Source: a virus
Taxonomy: Duplodnaviria; Heunggongvirae; Uroviricota; Caudoviricetes
Virus record (IMG/VR): IMGVR_UViG_3300046008_000242
Span: 57,363-121,362 of that record
Direction: 5' to 3' (one strand)
DNA: 64,000 nt
This document shows, piece after piece, positions 11,401 to 19,940 of the stretch; position 1 is the first letter of the stretch, and each line of letters starts with the position of its first letter. Below the pieces are notes generated by a model. It saw only the letters and a program-made list of their open reading frames with translations. It was not told the origin of the DNA and did no database searches. A program made the position numbers and the translations under genes.

Positions 11401-12634
11401 ATTCTCTTGATTTATCTAATTGGATGAAAGTGGTTCTGGTTTTATTTACTTCGTATCCTTTGATATATGCCTTACCAGAAGAAATTGATAATTGTAATTT
11501 CGAATTATCTGCATCATCATAGATTGTTGGCAATAAACCTTCTACAATATAATTACCAGATTCATCATATGTTCTTCTGGCAAATTCTTCTGCAATGTTA
11601 GAATAAATTGGAGTTCTGTTATCAATTGTCACAACACCATTACTGATATGAGACAAATCAATAAAATCTTCATTTGAAATCAATTTATCTTGGTAAGATT
11701 TTGTTCCTAATTGTAATGTAATTAGATATCTATCTGCACCTGGAGCCGCAAAGTTATTTGAACCAAAAGATGGGTCTAATAATGTTGAGTCTTCATCAGA
11801 TGTCACGATAGATTCAATTGGAGTTAGACCAATTACAGCAGATACGCCAATTTTATAGAAATTATTGGTTGCTGTTTCTAATTGGATAATCTTTTCTAAT
11901 GTAACAGATACATTTGATTCAATTGACGCAACAGTGCCTACGTAATTAGAAGTGAAAATATCATCTCCAACTTTTAATTCAGTTAAGAATTTTGTATCTA
12001 AACCAGCGATTACAGTACCACCCTTTGTGAATGAAATAGAACCTTCTAGGAAAGTGTCATATTTCTTAACAATTGTGGTCTGCGGAGGACAATAGACAAA
12101 AGTGTTTTTTGTATAGAATATACCATCATTGATATGGAATAAAACAGAATTTCCAGGAACATCCGCAGTCTCAGCGGTATAAAGTAATACACCTTCTTTT
12201 GTGTAAATTTGTATTGCAGAGTTTGCGTCTAAATCAACAGCATTAGTTTTTGTGACACCACCGTCGATTAATATAGCAAAAAATGTGGTTAGATCCGAAC
12301 CAGATACTGGAGATACATGTTTAATCAAGAAGATTCTGTTATCAGAAGTTTTGAATGTCATGTCAACCAATTTAGTTAAATCGATTGGTAAAGAAGTGTT
12401 TGTTTTAATTTTGAAGTAAGAAACAAAATCATAGAAATGTTCTCCACCAGATACGACAGAACCATCTTTGAAAATATGATTGGCAAATTTAGCCGTTTGA
12501 TTTTTTAAGATTGATTGGATCTGCGTGAATTCTCTGGCTTGGCAAGCAACACCTGGTTTGAATAAAATTTTATGATAATTTTTGGTTTCATCAAAATCAT
12601 CAAAGTAAGGTGATATATTGTGATTCATTGTCAT
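2465..12634 (-). CDS. Giant baseplate/virion structural protein (DUF4815/VrlC-like) with a long central beta-sandwich repeat region
   Basis: N-terminal SPYFDDFDETKNYHKILFKPG..QARE.TQ.Q, APGADR, ARRTYDESGNY, RYTMRDIG.LDKR.EN.EYYT.LS.LE; C-terminal DPVAQTF and PRVRNLRAIA. Confidence 0.85.
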   Translation of the reverse strand: MTMNHNISPYFDDFDETKNYHKILFKPGVACQAREFTQIQSILKNQTAKFANHIFKDGSVVSGGEHFYDFVSYFKIKTNTSLPIDLTKLVDMTFKTSDNRIFLIKHVSPVSGSDLTTFFAILIDGGVTKTNAVDLDANSAIQIYTKEGVLLYTAETADVPGNSVLFHINDGIFYTKNTFVYCPPQTTIVKKYDTFLEGSISFTKGGTVIAGLDTKFLTELKVGDDIFTSNYVGTVASIESNVSVTLEKIIQLETATNNFYKIGVSAVIGLTPIESIVTSDEDSTLLDPSFGSNNFAAPGADRYLITLQLGTKSYQDKLISNEDFIDLSHISNGVVTIDNRTPIYSNIAEEFARRTYDESGNYIVEGLLPTIYDDADNSKLQLSISSGKAYIKGYEVNKTRTTFIQLDKSREFLTESDHIVSAQYGNYIEVSVSDNSFLPSANSRTELTFLDSTGDVIGSATSIGLEFSSLGVFKLFLDDVNFKGYKFNEVFDITWKNDSNFVSHLIPISKSIIDTNKQLLVFQIPNITVKSINNLRYASKYTYNSVNVYNGVATINSGSSYKDYDESTGSSINKNYIVNVITSSNPTAFPVGSIIDASLATLTVNNPIGSSSTAELNFNDSSFNGTVNITTTIYNSGVPSRTKTLKKNYGVAIQYTPDFANGSIGVSDVSKVVGVYSYSGDPITVPTLTYSSTYNYPANSIVIMDGKAYTISGYTLGTELNDVSSKYSIQNGQTNSAYLHATIKKIKEANVSENILIVVDYFEHSGDGGLVVNSYESSIPYSNLPKYSDDNGIEYKLRNCIDFRPIQRKDSNTFDAFTLPLTNQVITTNLDYYLQRIDKLVLDKAGEFTLLQGQPSYDSPITPIAGKDVMEICSFTYEPYTDSSSNVKTLMYKNKRYTMRDIGALDKRLENVEYYTSLSLLEKETASKTFTDNTGTPLFNNGFLVDSFKGYNVADVTNDEVLIGAPSNDNSNFKFSIDFEKNEMRPGFLLDTAGLSPNNNPITSSVHDNTITLPFTESILTAQMMASTSISVNPYSVYNSKGNVILTPDSDYTVFQENAIDTTEARQLLIGNENTERTKVTIFGSWKTGDQTTNVVTDINNTKDFLEVNSQQNKVVQGQTYNVVKLVQGSTRENVVAVKITGMLSNVKIYYFFDGELQEKGWQVSGQKSSADQFTDENGSYQGNIYIPAMYNGSKFNVTFTDTPAGIQFSSSTAETIYSISQSLRYTDESPISVIVNDVAAVNPVTKIKIPKPSAVYTISPSSYVVREGETLSMKFNVQNGNPNVSYTGSIVVSGGTSSFDLSNVVSGSTTTPITNLSSFNFRVDALGNASINLKPHEDLVFQNDRVITLSVTVGTDVAKPAIDYPEFSYGLVISESVKLLNPVRTEYSVNSPVKIDIDTNNSIDMTFTSTNCEQDRVITLTVKKDGSIVTGANVTSFHTNTSAPNQNIKLPLSVGDFLERNGAFEFIFIDDLGVTISKKILVVGKYAKKTFNMSTSGDTFGRFIPGQSVTFKLNTNLYDFSTYDSEQVPYLLEVSEGGSVYSPIASYSGKFTISSSNGYFSKTDRNVSISSTGILDKQYTIRLTLTDSNKGGGAQSLLYVDKTQETFTLSVKRAGNELAPNSTLISGDILTCTLTSSYGSVYASKSNSEKLVNISVSNLTPGLYNLSTPTTYLNGSGVATFNVTIKNFIGNLEDMLLIISTSCNGVTNNSVPLTLLKAAKKSVSTQFTTTGDADLATVSSSSSPTFKVKYASTNVNPTDIVNWYLKVIDSSGNVLEGLDGTSESPTSGSSVLIDGQVLRGTGALSSLSTPKTFTMKSSAPNNIKIIAGIKHPETNNEDTLIVNASTASFTISKSGCDDKILDDGEAVTYTIRALDSSVSRNISWSLSSVNNSIGLSTLSSSTLSGTATLSVGGSTTVTFSRNLPTGLSSDHQLLLTVVDNTTGTTKITTKTDQEISIKKLGASFVIKFYDSLTKAEIQNVVGVLSTDKPKKIDVKIQSASASIQSSLKYNISSSLIDVTTDLNGSKVSTPTSLEDFFSADKTITRTIYVTNNSSTPVSSSSLSASIKVDCVSFKSTYSDTSSVVTGSNSLKLQNAPSLRESIVLSNVSGKSPVSMGYNVVENYNISSNIADELNTYILIKPSDPYSVLTAAAGDFVVQSNYNTLANVTPTNSNIVSTFGTSNALYYSIPNFNSGVSIKLNTNAKNANDSYNLTVIQIKTDNTNISSSNVVKSIVSKTGVKSYKLTTSNPSVSINETGLVSITPNNFASTDAHVLKIFNYGALNLSSDVSIDVYYVNSSNVSSTASITSIDSSGNITPAVTFYGVASVNIKNKTGKAGDIKIAVSNGSTTGDINLPTQGVRNITADVTNTTQDKITSGSVSVNNASEDYFLMKIWDNASNAVISTGITYYDKFQNTLTVDASGFVKLQNFVDADGNRSFPFYYKITAGYITGASKEVRFFFKDFNGVSTEFNRTVSSSTTETGSFSITSDSDTQATAVGTKLSNGTLKKVSTITLTTSNVANAGGVLRLTFFVSNANIKSCYADGSGAVLSPGVVDYVVPKGNSTKTFYYVNDTPLDKMILNESNTVTVSGKSLDPGILSSNPSSTSYFINTSIPYRNLSFKQYELTVNEVVEGESFNVLVTDTIKDGELSTLKYNSKLVEYVGGSNSGTVTKKRTEFVDTWSASFKAINDNVTNLTSSSALFSVGDVSKSLVVKEAPPSPASINITALQTSDVFETAGEVSFKVETNYLPSGTVIPFGWTVGDNVVNVTSVQIVGVSTEFKNIANPSFSVGGSSGSQYYSATISIKFTPNYSVNKGSSITLFVNGSNIKSNTSSSVTIPVNVSPTTSGNKLTQAINILNKDKEIEYTPSISFSEISAAEKKQLALGYKYEFHIPYTVKISPSGFTGTTSLSVTVPSAGNVISRGSATLDVNSFSGNTHSGTVTLSKGYHGDFDIKISAVVNGKTTIGSYKTSLGKPFSLDPVAQTFYISPEQFPNGLFLSKADIFFYSKPSDLTIPVWIEMRKTINGYPSSDSKLTYSRVELNNSDVNIPSSLVGIITPTPTPFNFSDPVYLAPGEYSIIVGSTSKEYRVFVGELGQIDVSDGKLISENNPDGSVGSFFMSQNARTWNADQMKDLMFKLYKCEFDINSNQEVILEMKPNNSNFEVDIIHLNSPENVVPGTSSKYSVSLTGNYIDYVDVENNTDTLLTERTKPASAFKLKTILSSHDRNVSPIIQKHTMNTKFIHNLINSKLDLIKLETDPLDGSALSKYVTKKVTLSEGFDATGIRVILDVNRQYGTDIEVYVKMINNEDYSNFKGKDYTLIPLSGTKSYSKNNDDFIIDEYKLDNVSYVYGDTTFNSFKSFAVKVVMYSDNPAKVPRVRNLRAIATS

Positions 12635-12651
12635 TTGTTATTCCTTAATAA

Positions 12652-14241
12652 TTAGAATTTAATTATTGTGCGTAAATTAATAGATTGTTCATCAGTTTTT
12701 AGGAATGAATCCCTGTTGTCTACATACAAAATATCACCACTCATCCTATCCATATTGGGTTGAGTTATTGTATTACAAGAAAAACTTTTTGTTGCATCTA
12801 ATGTTTTTAATATAATTTCGGTTGTTAATGGGAAATTATCTAATGATTGTAATAATAATCCATCTACATCAGACGATACAACTAGAAATCTCTTTCCAGC
12901 ATGTTCTGGATTATAGACGTATAACATGGTATCGTCGGGAAAGTCGTATCTGTTAAAATCACCACTAGCTGTTGCACCATAACATGTTGACCCTATAGTA
13001 GAATCAAACGATTTACCCGATAAATCTAAAGGTGATTTCAATATACCAAATTGACGGAAATCATTGTTAACAGAAAATCCTTCGACCTTATCTTCTCTAA
13101 CATTACAAAAGAACATCAATCTGGATGCCGTTAATTCTTTGATGGCATGTTTTCCATGACCATTAACAGGAGAAACAATTGGTCTAATTATGGCACCAGA
13201 ACCTCCACCAGAATCGGAAATATTCAAATTTGCGTAAGAATAACCAGAACCTCTATTGGTCATGATTATCTTGGAAATTTGTTTATTTGAATCTAATTGA
13301 GCAGTGGCTGTACATCCAACACCATCGCCTGTTATAGTGATAATTGGAGTGGAATAATTATTACCACCATTTTCAATTTTACAGAATTCTATGCTTCCAG
13401 GAATAGTGTTTAATTCTACATTAGATTGGAACGATTGGACATCCCCTTTATCTAATGAACAACTAATGGATGCACCAACACCGTCACCAAAAATGTCTAA
13501 GATTAAAAAATTGACATTGATGTATCCTTCCCCAGGATTATCTATTCTTACGCCAACCAATATACCATCTTCGATTAATGGAGTTAATAATGCACCATTT
13601 CCTGTTTCAGAATATGCCGTGATGGTTGTTGTATTAGAATATCCAGATCCTCCGTCGATGATAATGATATTATCGATACCACCATTATTATAATATCTCG
13701 ATGTTATAGAGGTAGTGACCGGAAAGAATGCTTCTGTTAAGAATTTGTTTCTAAGAATCAAAGGAATGGTCATAATAAATTTCCATCTATAACCATCCGA
13801 TGTTACAAATGAATCATATCCTGTGTCTAATGGTTCTACTGTTGATTCTTTGTTATTGTTATTATCTAAGCAGAAATAGGCATTATATTGAGAATTGACT
13901 ACATAGAATTTGGCATTTTCTAATGAAGAAGAACCTGAGTAAGATAGATTTATTGGAGAATACGAATCATCATAATGGTCAAAAATTACACCAGAATTCC
14001 AATTAACTCTAGGCACTACAAAAGCAACATCATTAAAATTGATACGTTTTGTCATAATCATATCATTTCTAATTTTGTTTTCATATTTTGGGTTGTTGTA
14101 TGGAGTTTCTATAACAGACGAACCATTATTTGGAATTGTCTTACCCAAGTAATAATAAAATTTAGAAGAATTGGTTCTAATTTCCCTTAATATGGAATCT
14201 GCTATAGTGTTATGAAAGTTTGATGTAATTGAATATGCCAT
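12652..14241 (-). CDS. Baseplate wedge subunit (T4 gp8-like)
   Basis: PRVNW.SG, FYVVN, Y.CLDN, TSDGYRWKF, GHG..A..EL, NDFRQFG, SGDILY.DNR motifs. Confidence 0.8.
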   Translation of the reverse strand: MAYSITSNFHNTIADSILREIRTNSSKFYYYLGKTIPNNGSSVIETPYNNPKYENKIRNDMIMTKRINFNDVAFVVPRVNWNSGVIFDHYDDSYSPINLSYSGSSSLENAKFYVVNSQYNAYFCLDNNNNKESTVEPLDTGYDSFVTSDGYRWKFIMTIPLILRNKFLTEAFFPVTTSITSRYYNNGGIDNIIIIDGGSGYSNTTTITAYSETGNGALLTPLIEDGILVGVRIDNPGEGYINVNFLILDIFGDGVGASISCSLDKGDVQSFQSNVELNTIPGSIEFCKIENGGNNYSTPIITITGDGVGCTATAQLDSNKQISKIIMTNRGSGYSYANLNISDSGGGSGAIIRPIVSPVNGHGKHAIKELTASRLMFFCNVREDKVEGFSVNNDFRQFGILKSPLDLSGKSFDSTIGSTCYGATASGDFNRYDFPDDTMLYVYNPEHAGKRFLVVSSDVDGLLLQSLDNFPLTTEIILKTLDATKSFSCNTITQPNMDRMSGDILYVDNRDSFLKTDEQSINLRTIIKF

Positions 14242-14242
14242 A

Positions 14243-14692
14243 TTATGCGATCGTAATTACCCAAGAAATTGTAATAGAATCCCCTGAAGCCTTATTGACC
14301 ACAGGAAACGTTGTTCTAGATAACATATTGTTTGTTGTACCAGTTAGATGATTAAACAAACCTGCTTCTGTGATGGCACCAGTAGATACACCGGCACCAA
14401 AAGAAGCAGTAAATGTTACACTATTATCTACAACAGTTGATGAAGAAAGTTCTATTCTATTGCCGATTTGAGTTTGTAATGATGTGTTGGATACAGAAGG
14501 ACTATTTGTTCCTGAACCGACAGCCATATGAGAAATAGATTGGGTTGGATTAACTAATCTATTGGCAATAAGAGCTTTACCTGTGGTAACAACTAAATTT
14601 GGAATTCTAATGGTATCAGTTACAACACCAAATTCATTAGTTTTGACGATTGTTAACGAACCGTTGATAGATGCCGATGATTTAATTTTCAT
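14243..14692 (-). CDS. Baseplate/tail structural protein
   Basis: NLVVTTGK, MAVG.GT, GAITEAGLFN, SRTTFPVVNK..D...I.W motifs. Confidence 0.65.
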   Translation of the reverse strand: MKIKSSASINGSLTIVKTNEFGVVTDTIRIPNLVVTTGKALIANRLVNPTQSISHMAVGSGTNSPSVSNTSLQTQIGNRIELSSSTVVDNSVTFTASFGAGVSTGAITEAGLFNHLTGTTNNMLSRTTFPVVNKASGDSITISWVITIA

Positions 14693-14699
14693 GTGTTTC

Positions 14700-16211
14700 C
14701 TAGAATGTGTATATTGTCAAACCTTGAGAATAATCTGATGCGAAATAATCATCTAATGTATATGATAATGTTCCATTTCGTAATTTTATACTACCACCAG
14801 AATCATTTACGTTTGCCGTGTCTGTTAATGTTTTTGTTATATACGTTGTTATACTTTCTAAATTATTTATTGTGTCGATTAACGGTTTTATAATTTCATT
14901 GAAAGTAGTGTCGTTTAATGTTGATACCAGATCTTGTACAAATAATTTATAATCGAAGATGGCACTATTCACTGACGCAGACATATCTATTTCATTTGTA
15001 ATAGAATATTCCGAGAACATGGCGTATCCGGCTGGATTTAAAATTCTTTTGACTACATCTTTGAATTTATCAATGTTTTCTGAGATTTGGATTACATAGG
15101 AGAACAATTGAAAATAATGATTATCTTGTAACACAAAGGTGTCGGATAAGAACCCGTTGGTGGAAGCATAATAACCTGGATAACGTTGTAATACACCAAC
15201 ATTAAATTCTACATATGCCACGTCCGCTTCATCAAATGTTCCTTTGTCGGTAGATAAATCGAAGTAAGATTCAGAAATAATCTCACCAGCGTAATCATCC
15301 GCAGAAAAATCAATAGAATACCATTGTTTAGAGAATTGTAATAATTCTTGGAAACCATTGGTGTTTTCCGTTACATTAGGAAATTCCGATACAACTACAT
15401 CAGTGAATTTAGATATTACACTAGTGGAGAAATCAGATTTAAATCCTCTACCAAAATCAAATATCTGTATTTTTTGTATAGATCCTAATTGGTCTGTCTT
15501 AACGATTTTAATTTTAGCATTTTCGCCTTCACCACCCTTTACATTAAAGATTTGACCTTCTTTGAAATTGAAACCTTTCTTTTGTATTTTACATGTTGAT
15601 AGACAGGGTTGTATAACACCCATTGTAGATTCAAATGAAATCAAACATCCAACAGATACATCAGAATAGTAGAATGGTTCAAAGAATACTTCATACGTTC
15701 CATTTTCCAAATTTTTAATTCGCGTTACAAATACATCAAAACTTTTTTGAGGTGTTGTAATTGTTACATAATTACCAGAAAATACATTAGGATCGCCTGA
15801 CATGGGTAACAATATAACGGATACAGGTTGGATCCATCTACCATCAGATGCCTTTAGGATTAGATCCCTTGGGTAAGATATGTTTATTTCTTTACCAAAC
15901 ATATGACGAAAAAGAATTCTAAATGCTTCTTCCGTACCCTTAGAAGAATAGAATTCTTTTAGATGATGGTTTATGAAATGGTCTTCTTTTACCGTAGTGC
16001 TTGGTAATGTTGAACCTAATTGGTATTTTATATGTTGTACAAATTCTTCTAAATTGTCATCTAATGAAGATATGTTATCAAACGTTTTGAATCTAGATTG
16101 TTCGTTGAATTTATAATATAATTCCAAAAATGATATGAATTTGGAATAAGTTGGATACGAAAATTCTGGGAATTGTGATAATACAACGGAAGATAATGGT
16201 ACATTATTCAT
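14700..16211 (-). CDS. Baseplate wedge subunit (gp7-like)
   Basis: QFPEF, FLELYY, FYSSKGT, LKASDGRW, QDNHYFQLFSYVI, PAG motifs; lies between gp6-like and gp8-like genes; start at MNNVPL. Confidence 0.7.
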   Translation of the reverse strand: MNNVPLSSVVLSQFPEFSYPTYSKFISFLELYYKFNEQSRFKTFDNISSLDDNLEEFVQHIKYQLGSTLPSTTVKEDHFINHHLKEFYSSKGTEEAFRILFRHMFGKEINISYPRDLILKASDGRWIQPVSVILLPMSGDPNVFSGNYVTITTPQKSFDVFVTRIKNLENGTYEVFFEPFYYSDVSVGCLISFESTMGVIQPCLSTCKIQKKGFNFKEGQIFNVKGGEGENAKIKIVKTDQLGSIQKIQIFDFGRGFKSDFSTSVISKFTDVVVSEFPNVTENTNGFQELLQFSKQWYSIDFSADDYAGEIISESYFDLSTDKGTFDEADVAYVEFNVGVLQRYPGYYASTNGFLSDTFVLQDNHYFQLFSYVIQISENIDKFKDVVKRILNPAGYAMFSEYSITNEIDMSASVNSAIFDYKLFVQDLVSTLNDTTFNEIIKPLIDTINNLESITTYITKTLTDTANVNDSGGSIKLRNGTLSYTLDDYFASDYSQGLTIYTF

Positions 16212-16212
16212 A

Positions 16213-18015
16213 TTATCTACTCGATGTGAAGATATGATTATACACCCCATTATTACCACTTGTTGTATCTATAATGGCATTTGTTGTTACATTGGCTGGT
16301 AAGATTTGTAGAATACCATTTCTTAAACCAACCACATCGTTAGATCTTGGTGTTATAATCAATTCGAATACAGTTGAATTCAATTTTGATATAGACATTC
16401 CCAAAATGTAAATTAGACCCGTCGAATAATTAACAGTTCCTTGATTTAAAACAACATATTCTTTATTACCATCTTTATCCAATTTATATCTTCTTATATT
16501 TCCTTTGGTATCATCATCTAAGAAATAGACGGTATCATCTCCAGTTAGATAGAAACCAGTTGATTCCACGGAAACACTTTTATTGTTAATGGGGTTTCCA
16601 ATTTCCACATTATACGGAGTCAATGTATTGAAATATAATGTTACAGGTTTTCTTATCTTTATTGTTGTTATGTTACCTAGAACGGAATTATCAATAGAAT
16701 CTAATTGTTTGGATAATTTAGAGAACCTAAAGATGGAATCAAATTGGGTTAATTCAGTGGAATTGAAATTCAAAATTTCATTGAACGCCAATAATGATAT
16801 ATCAGAAACAGTTCTACTGGTCTTCAATGCATCAAAATATACAGTAGAATTTACTTCGATATTGATATAAGAAGGATCCACGAATTCTGGAACAATACCA
16901 ATTACATTTTTATTTTTAATGATTTCGGTTCTAATGAATGTTTTTTCTGGTGTTGTTAATTTTGTGGAATGTTTAGGTTTTATGCATATAAACACTTTAC
17001 CATAAACTGGAGGATTATTGTCTTCTCCACCCCAAACCTTAACGATATCTATATTGGCAAAATTGTGTTTGATTAATATATTGTAATCTTCCACTGTGAC
17101 TGCTCTATTGTTTGAGTTTAATAATTTCGGCGCATTAAATTTAATTTCTTCGATAGATTCTGGTTCTTCTCCACCGATAGAAGGTTGCACCACATGACAA
17201 ACCGACGTTCCAGAGATTATTTGATTATCGAAAGTAAAGTATCGAACACCATTGGCTACTGCTTTATTGGTAACAAAGTATTCCATTACAACGATGTTAC
17301 CATTATCCAACGATTTACCAATCCTATCGTTACCAAAATACACTTCAAATTTGTTATCGTATATCTCTTTTAAGAAGAACACTTTATCCGTGGATTTGAT
17401 GTCAATGATATCAGGGGCTAGATTAAATGTAGTGACATCACCACTAGATGAATTTTCCTTCACATAAATCTTTAATGTAGTCAAATCAACATTGGCATTT
17501 TGTATGATATATCTTTGATTATCTGCGACAGTTATCGTCTGTAATAAAGGAACACCTTCTTTGATGGTAAGATTATTTGTTCTATATTGACCGTTGACCA
17601 GAGGAATCGAAATAGATTCAACATTATAAAAAGAATATGATTTATTGTTGGTAGAACCAGTGAATTGGGAATACTTTGGTAACGTAATAGTTGCGGGGTA
17701 AGATATGGTATCTTTGATTATAAGATCCACAATAGCCGTAGATGATCTAGCGGATCTTGGAATATATCCTAATGAATTTGAGATAGACACTACATTTTGA
17801 CGTTTCGATGCTGTGTCTAAGAATGATTCATTTAACGCAAAATTGGTATATAGAGAATTGTAATGGGTGTTATATGCCAATACATCTAATAACATAGACA
17901 TACCAGCACCTTCGAAATTATAATCTGATACTACAGATTGACCTTTCAGGAATTGTTTAAGATTAGTTTTAATAGATTCAAAATCTAAATCAGAGACCGT
18001 TATCTGTTGGTTCAT
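16213..18015 (-). CDS. Baseplate wedge subunit (T4 gp6-like)
   Basis: LDFESIK.NL, DYNFEGAG, LAYNTHYN, NESFLDTA, RAVT..DY, WGGEDN.PP.YGKVFI. Confidence 0.9.
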   Translation of the reverse strand: MNQQITVSDLDFESIKTNLKQFLKGQSVVSDYNFEGAGMSMLLDVLAYNTHYNSLYTNFALNESFLDTASKRQNVVSISNSLGYIPRSARSSTAIVDLIIKDTISYPATITLPKYSQFTGSTNNKSYSFYNVESISIPLVNGQYRTNNLTIKEGVPLLQTITVADNQRYIIQNANVDLTTLKIYVKENSSSGDVTTFNLAPDIIDIKSTDKVFFLKEIYDNKFEVYFGNDRIGKSLDNGNIVVMEYFVTNKAVANGVRYFTFDNQIISGTSVCHVVQPSIGGEEPESIEEIKFNAPKLLNSNNRAVTVEDYNILIKHNFANIDIVKVWGGEDNNPPVYGKVFICIKPKHSTKLTTPEKTFIRTEIIKNKNVIGIVPEFVDPSYINIEVNSTVYFDALKTSRTVSDISLLAFNEILNFNSTELTQFDSIFRFSKLSKQLDSIDNSVLGNITTIKIRKPVTLYFNTLTPYNVEIGNPINNKSVSVESTGFYLTGDDTVYFLDDDTKGNIRRYKLDKDGNKEYVVLNQGTVNYSTGLIYILGMSISKLNSTVFELIITPRSNDVVGLRNGILQILPANVTTNAIIDTTSGNNGVYNHIFTSSR

Positions 18016-18020
18016 TTATT

Positions 18021-18974
18021 TTACCTCGTTCTTTCTAATGTTAGATCTAATGTAATTGGCACTTTCGATTCAACAATCGAGTACGTTATGGATATGTTAT
18101 AATTATGTTCAACAATTTCCACAGAAATATCATTAACATTTGCTCTGGGTTCATAATTTCTAATCACATCAGCAATGGTTCTTTTTATCAATAGATTGGT
18201 GACCAGAGAAGGTGTGTCGAATAATAAATTCATACATTGCGAACCAAGTTTGGAATTAAACGGACGTTCGAAATTGATGGTTTGGATTAAATGTTTTATG
18301 GAAGTAGATACGGCATTACTATTTGTTTTGAACATAATGTCTGCTGGAGTAGCAAATCTATATTCCATATTGTTGGCATGAATGTTCCTACCAATAAGAT
18401 ACATTACAACATTTTGCATAATTTGTGAAATATCATCACTTCTTGTTTTTATTGTGATGTAATCCATATTGTTGTAGATAGTCATCTCACCTTCTAAAGG
18501 TTCAAAATAAACACTAGACGGATCTATACCGATTATGTTATATGGTATCTTTGTACCATCAGGAACATTTTCCGTTTGTAACGTGAAAATTATCTCAGAA
18601 CCTTCTTGTAATACATCAGCATTTACGTATAATGTATATTTCTCATCTAGATTGTCCAATTTGGTGGAAGTGGTCGATGATGATTTAGAGGATAAATCTG
18701 TTCCAATTTTATCATACATTATGGTTGATGTTGAGAATAAAGCTGGTACATATAGTTCTAATTCTGAATCAGAGATAATGTTTTTTATCTTACCGATAAA
18801 TGAGTTACTTACGTAAAGATTATCATCTATTTTCAAATATCGAGTGAATTCTGTGTCTTTACCAACAACTATGTTAGATGAATTGTTATATGAAATTAAA
18901 CCAACACCTTTATATCGTTCCAATGATGAAGGATTTGGTATTAATGTTAAATCTAGATCTTTGTATATTGTCAT
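18021..18974 (-). CDS. Baseplate wedge subunit gp25-like with an internal insertion
   Basis: YKDLDL at the N-terminus; ERPFN..LGS, YEPR and LERTR at the C-terminus; about twice the usual length. Confidence 0.75.
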   Translation of the reverse strand: MTIYKDLDLTLIPNPSSLERYKGVGLISYNNSSNIVVGKDTEFTRYLKIDDNLYVSNSFIGKIKNIISDSELELYVPALFSTSTIMYDKIGTDLSSKSSSTTSTKLDNLDEKYTLYVNADVLQEGSEIIFTLQTENVPDGTKIPYNIIGIDPSSVYFEPLEGEMTIYNNMDYITIKTRSDDISQIMQNVVMYLIGRNIHANNMEYRFATPADIMFKTNSNAVSTSIKHLIQTINFERPFNSKLGSQCMNLLFDTPSLVTNLLIKRTIADVIRNYEPRANVNDISVEIVEHNYNISITYSIVESKVPITLDLTLERTR

Positions 18975-19286
18975 AATAGTATTGATTCGATTTGTTTTAT
19001 ATTATTTAATGCATTTCTCTAACATTTATAATATATCCATTTTATGTGGATATATTGTTGATTAAACAATCTTTTCACTTTGACCCAATCAACTCTACAT
19101 CATGTAAAATAAACGTTGTATATAGTCCAAATATGGATGTCTACTGTAAATATAACATATCGAAAGAGTCTTAATGTCAATAGATGAAGATGTTCGACAT
19201 CGAAAGAGTAATCTTAGACATCGAGTATGTTATTAACAGAGTCTTAAACTCCTTTCGAAATCTCTAATACTCCATTATGATAGACT

Positions 19287-19455
19287 ATGTCGATCCTTTG
19301 AGTTATGTTCTTTAGGTCATTTAATATTACTATATCATAACTTAGACGTTTATTATTCATATTATAGACATTCATTTACAACAATATTCTCATATAAAAT
19401 CTTTCGACTCCATTTAAGCATCCCACCAGATTAGTTTCTGAGTGGGATTTTTATT
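19287..19455 (+). ncRNA. Putative small RNA, unit A1 (~170 nt)
   Basis: TTTCGA-17-TATGAT promoter upstream; terminator 19420-19455; stem 19297-19307/19336-19346; no conserved ORF. Confidence 0.5.
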
Positions 19456-19761
19456 GTGTATAATTTACATTATAATAACATAGATTATTCCTTATAGCAT
19501 CCATTATTTGCCCAATAATCCACTATAATGGAACGTTATGTATACAGAGCAATCAACTCTATGTCATACATTTTTATCGTTGTTTAAACTCCAAATATAT
19601 CCATCTTATGATAATTCAACATATCGAAAGAGTCTTAAGATGAATCCTTCGATGTTATTGATTCGTCTTAAGCATCGAAAGAGTAATCTTAGACATCGAG
19701 TATGTAAACATCAACGTCTTAAACTCCTTTCGAAATGGTAGAATATCCACTATGATAGACT

Positions 19762-19940
19762 ATGTCGATCCTTTGAGTTATATCCGTTGTCTGCATTTAA
19801 TTGTTTTTAATATTACTAAGACTCTTATTATTCATTAACTAATCATATTAAGACTATCATTTACAACAATATTCCCATATAAAATCCTTCGAACCTCATT
19901 TCATCCTGTTTAGAATAATATCTAAACAGGATTTTTTATT
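19762..19940 (+). ncRNA. Putative small RNA, unit A2 (~180 nt)
   Basis: Same promoter; terminator atcctgtttaga/tctaaacaggat plus T-run. Confidence 0.5.

Noticed and set aside
19538-19741. ORFs inside the arrays (also 38741-38965 and 39231-39521)
   Set aside because: They use different frames in different units, lack RBSs, and indels between units are not multiples of three
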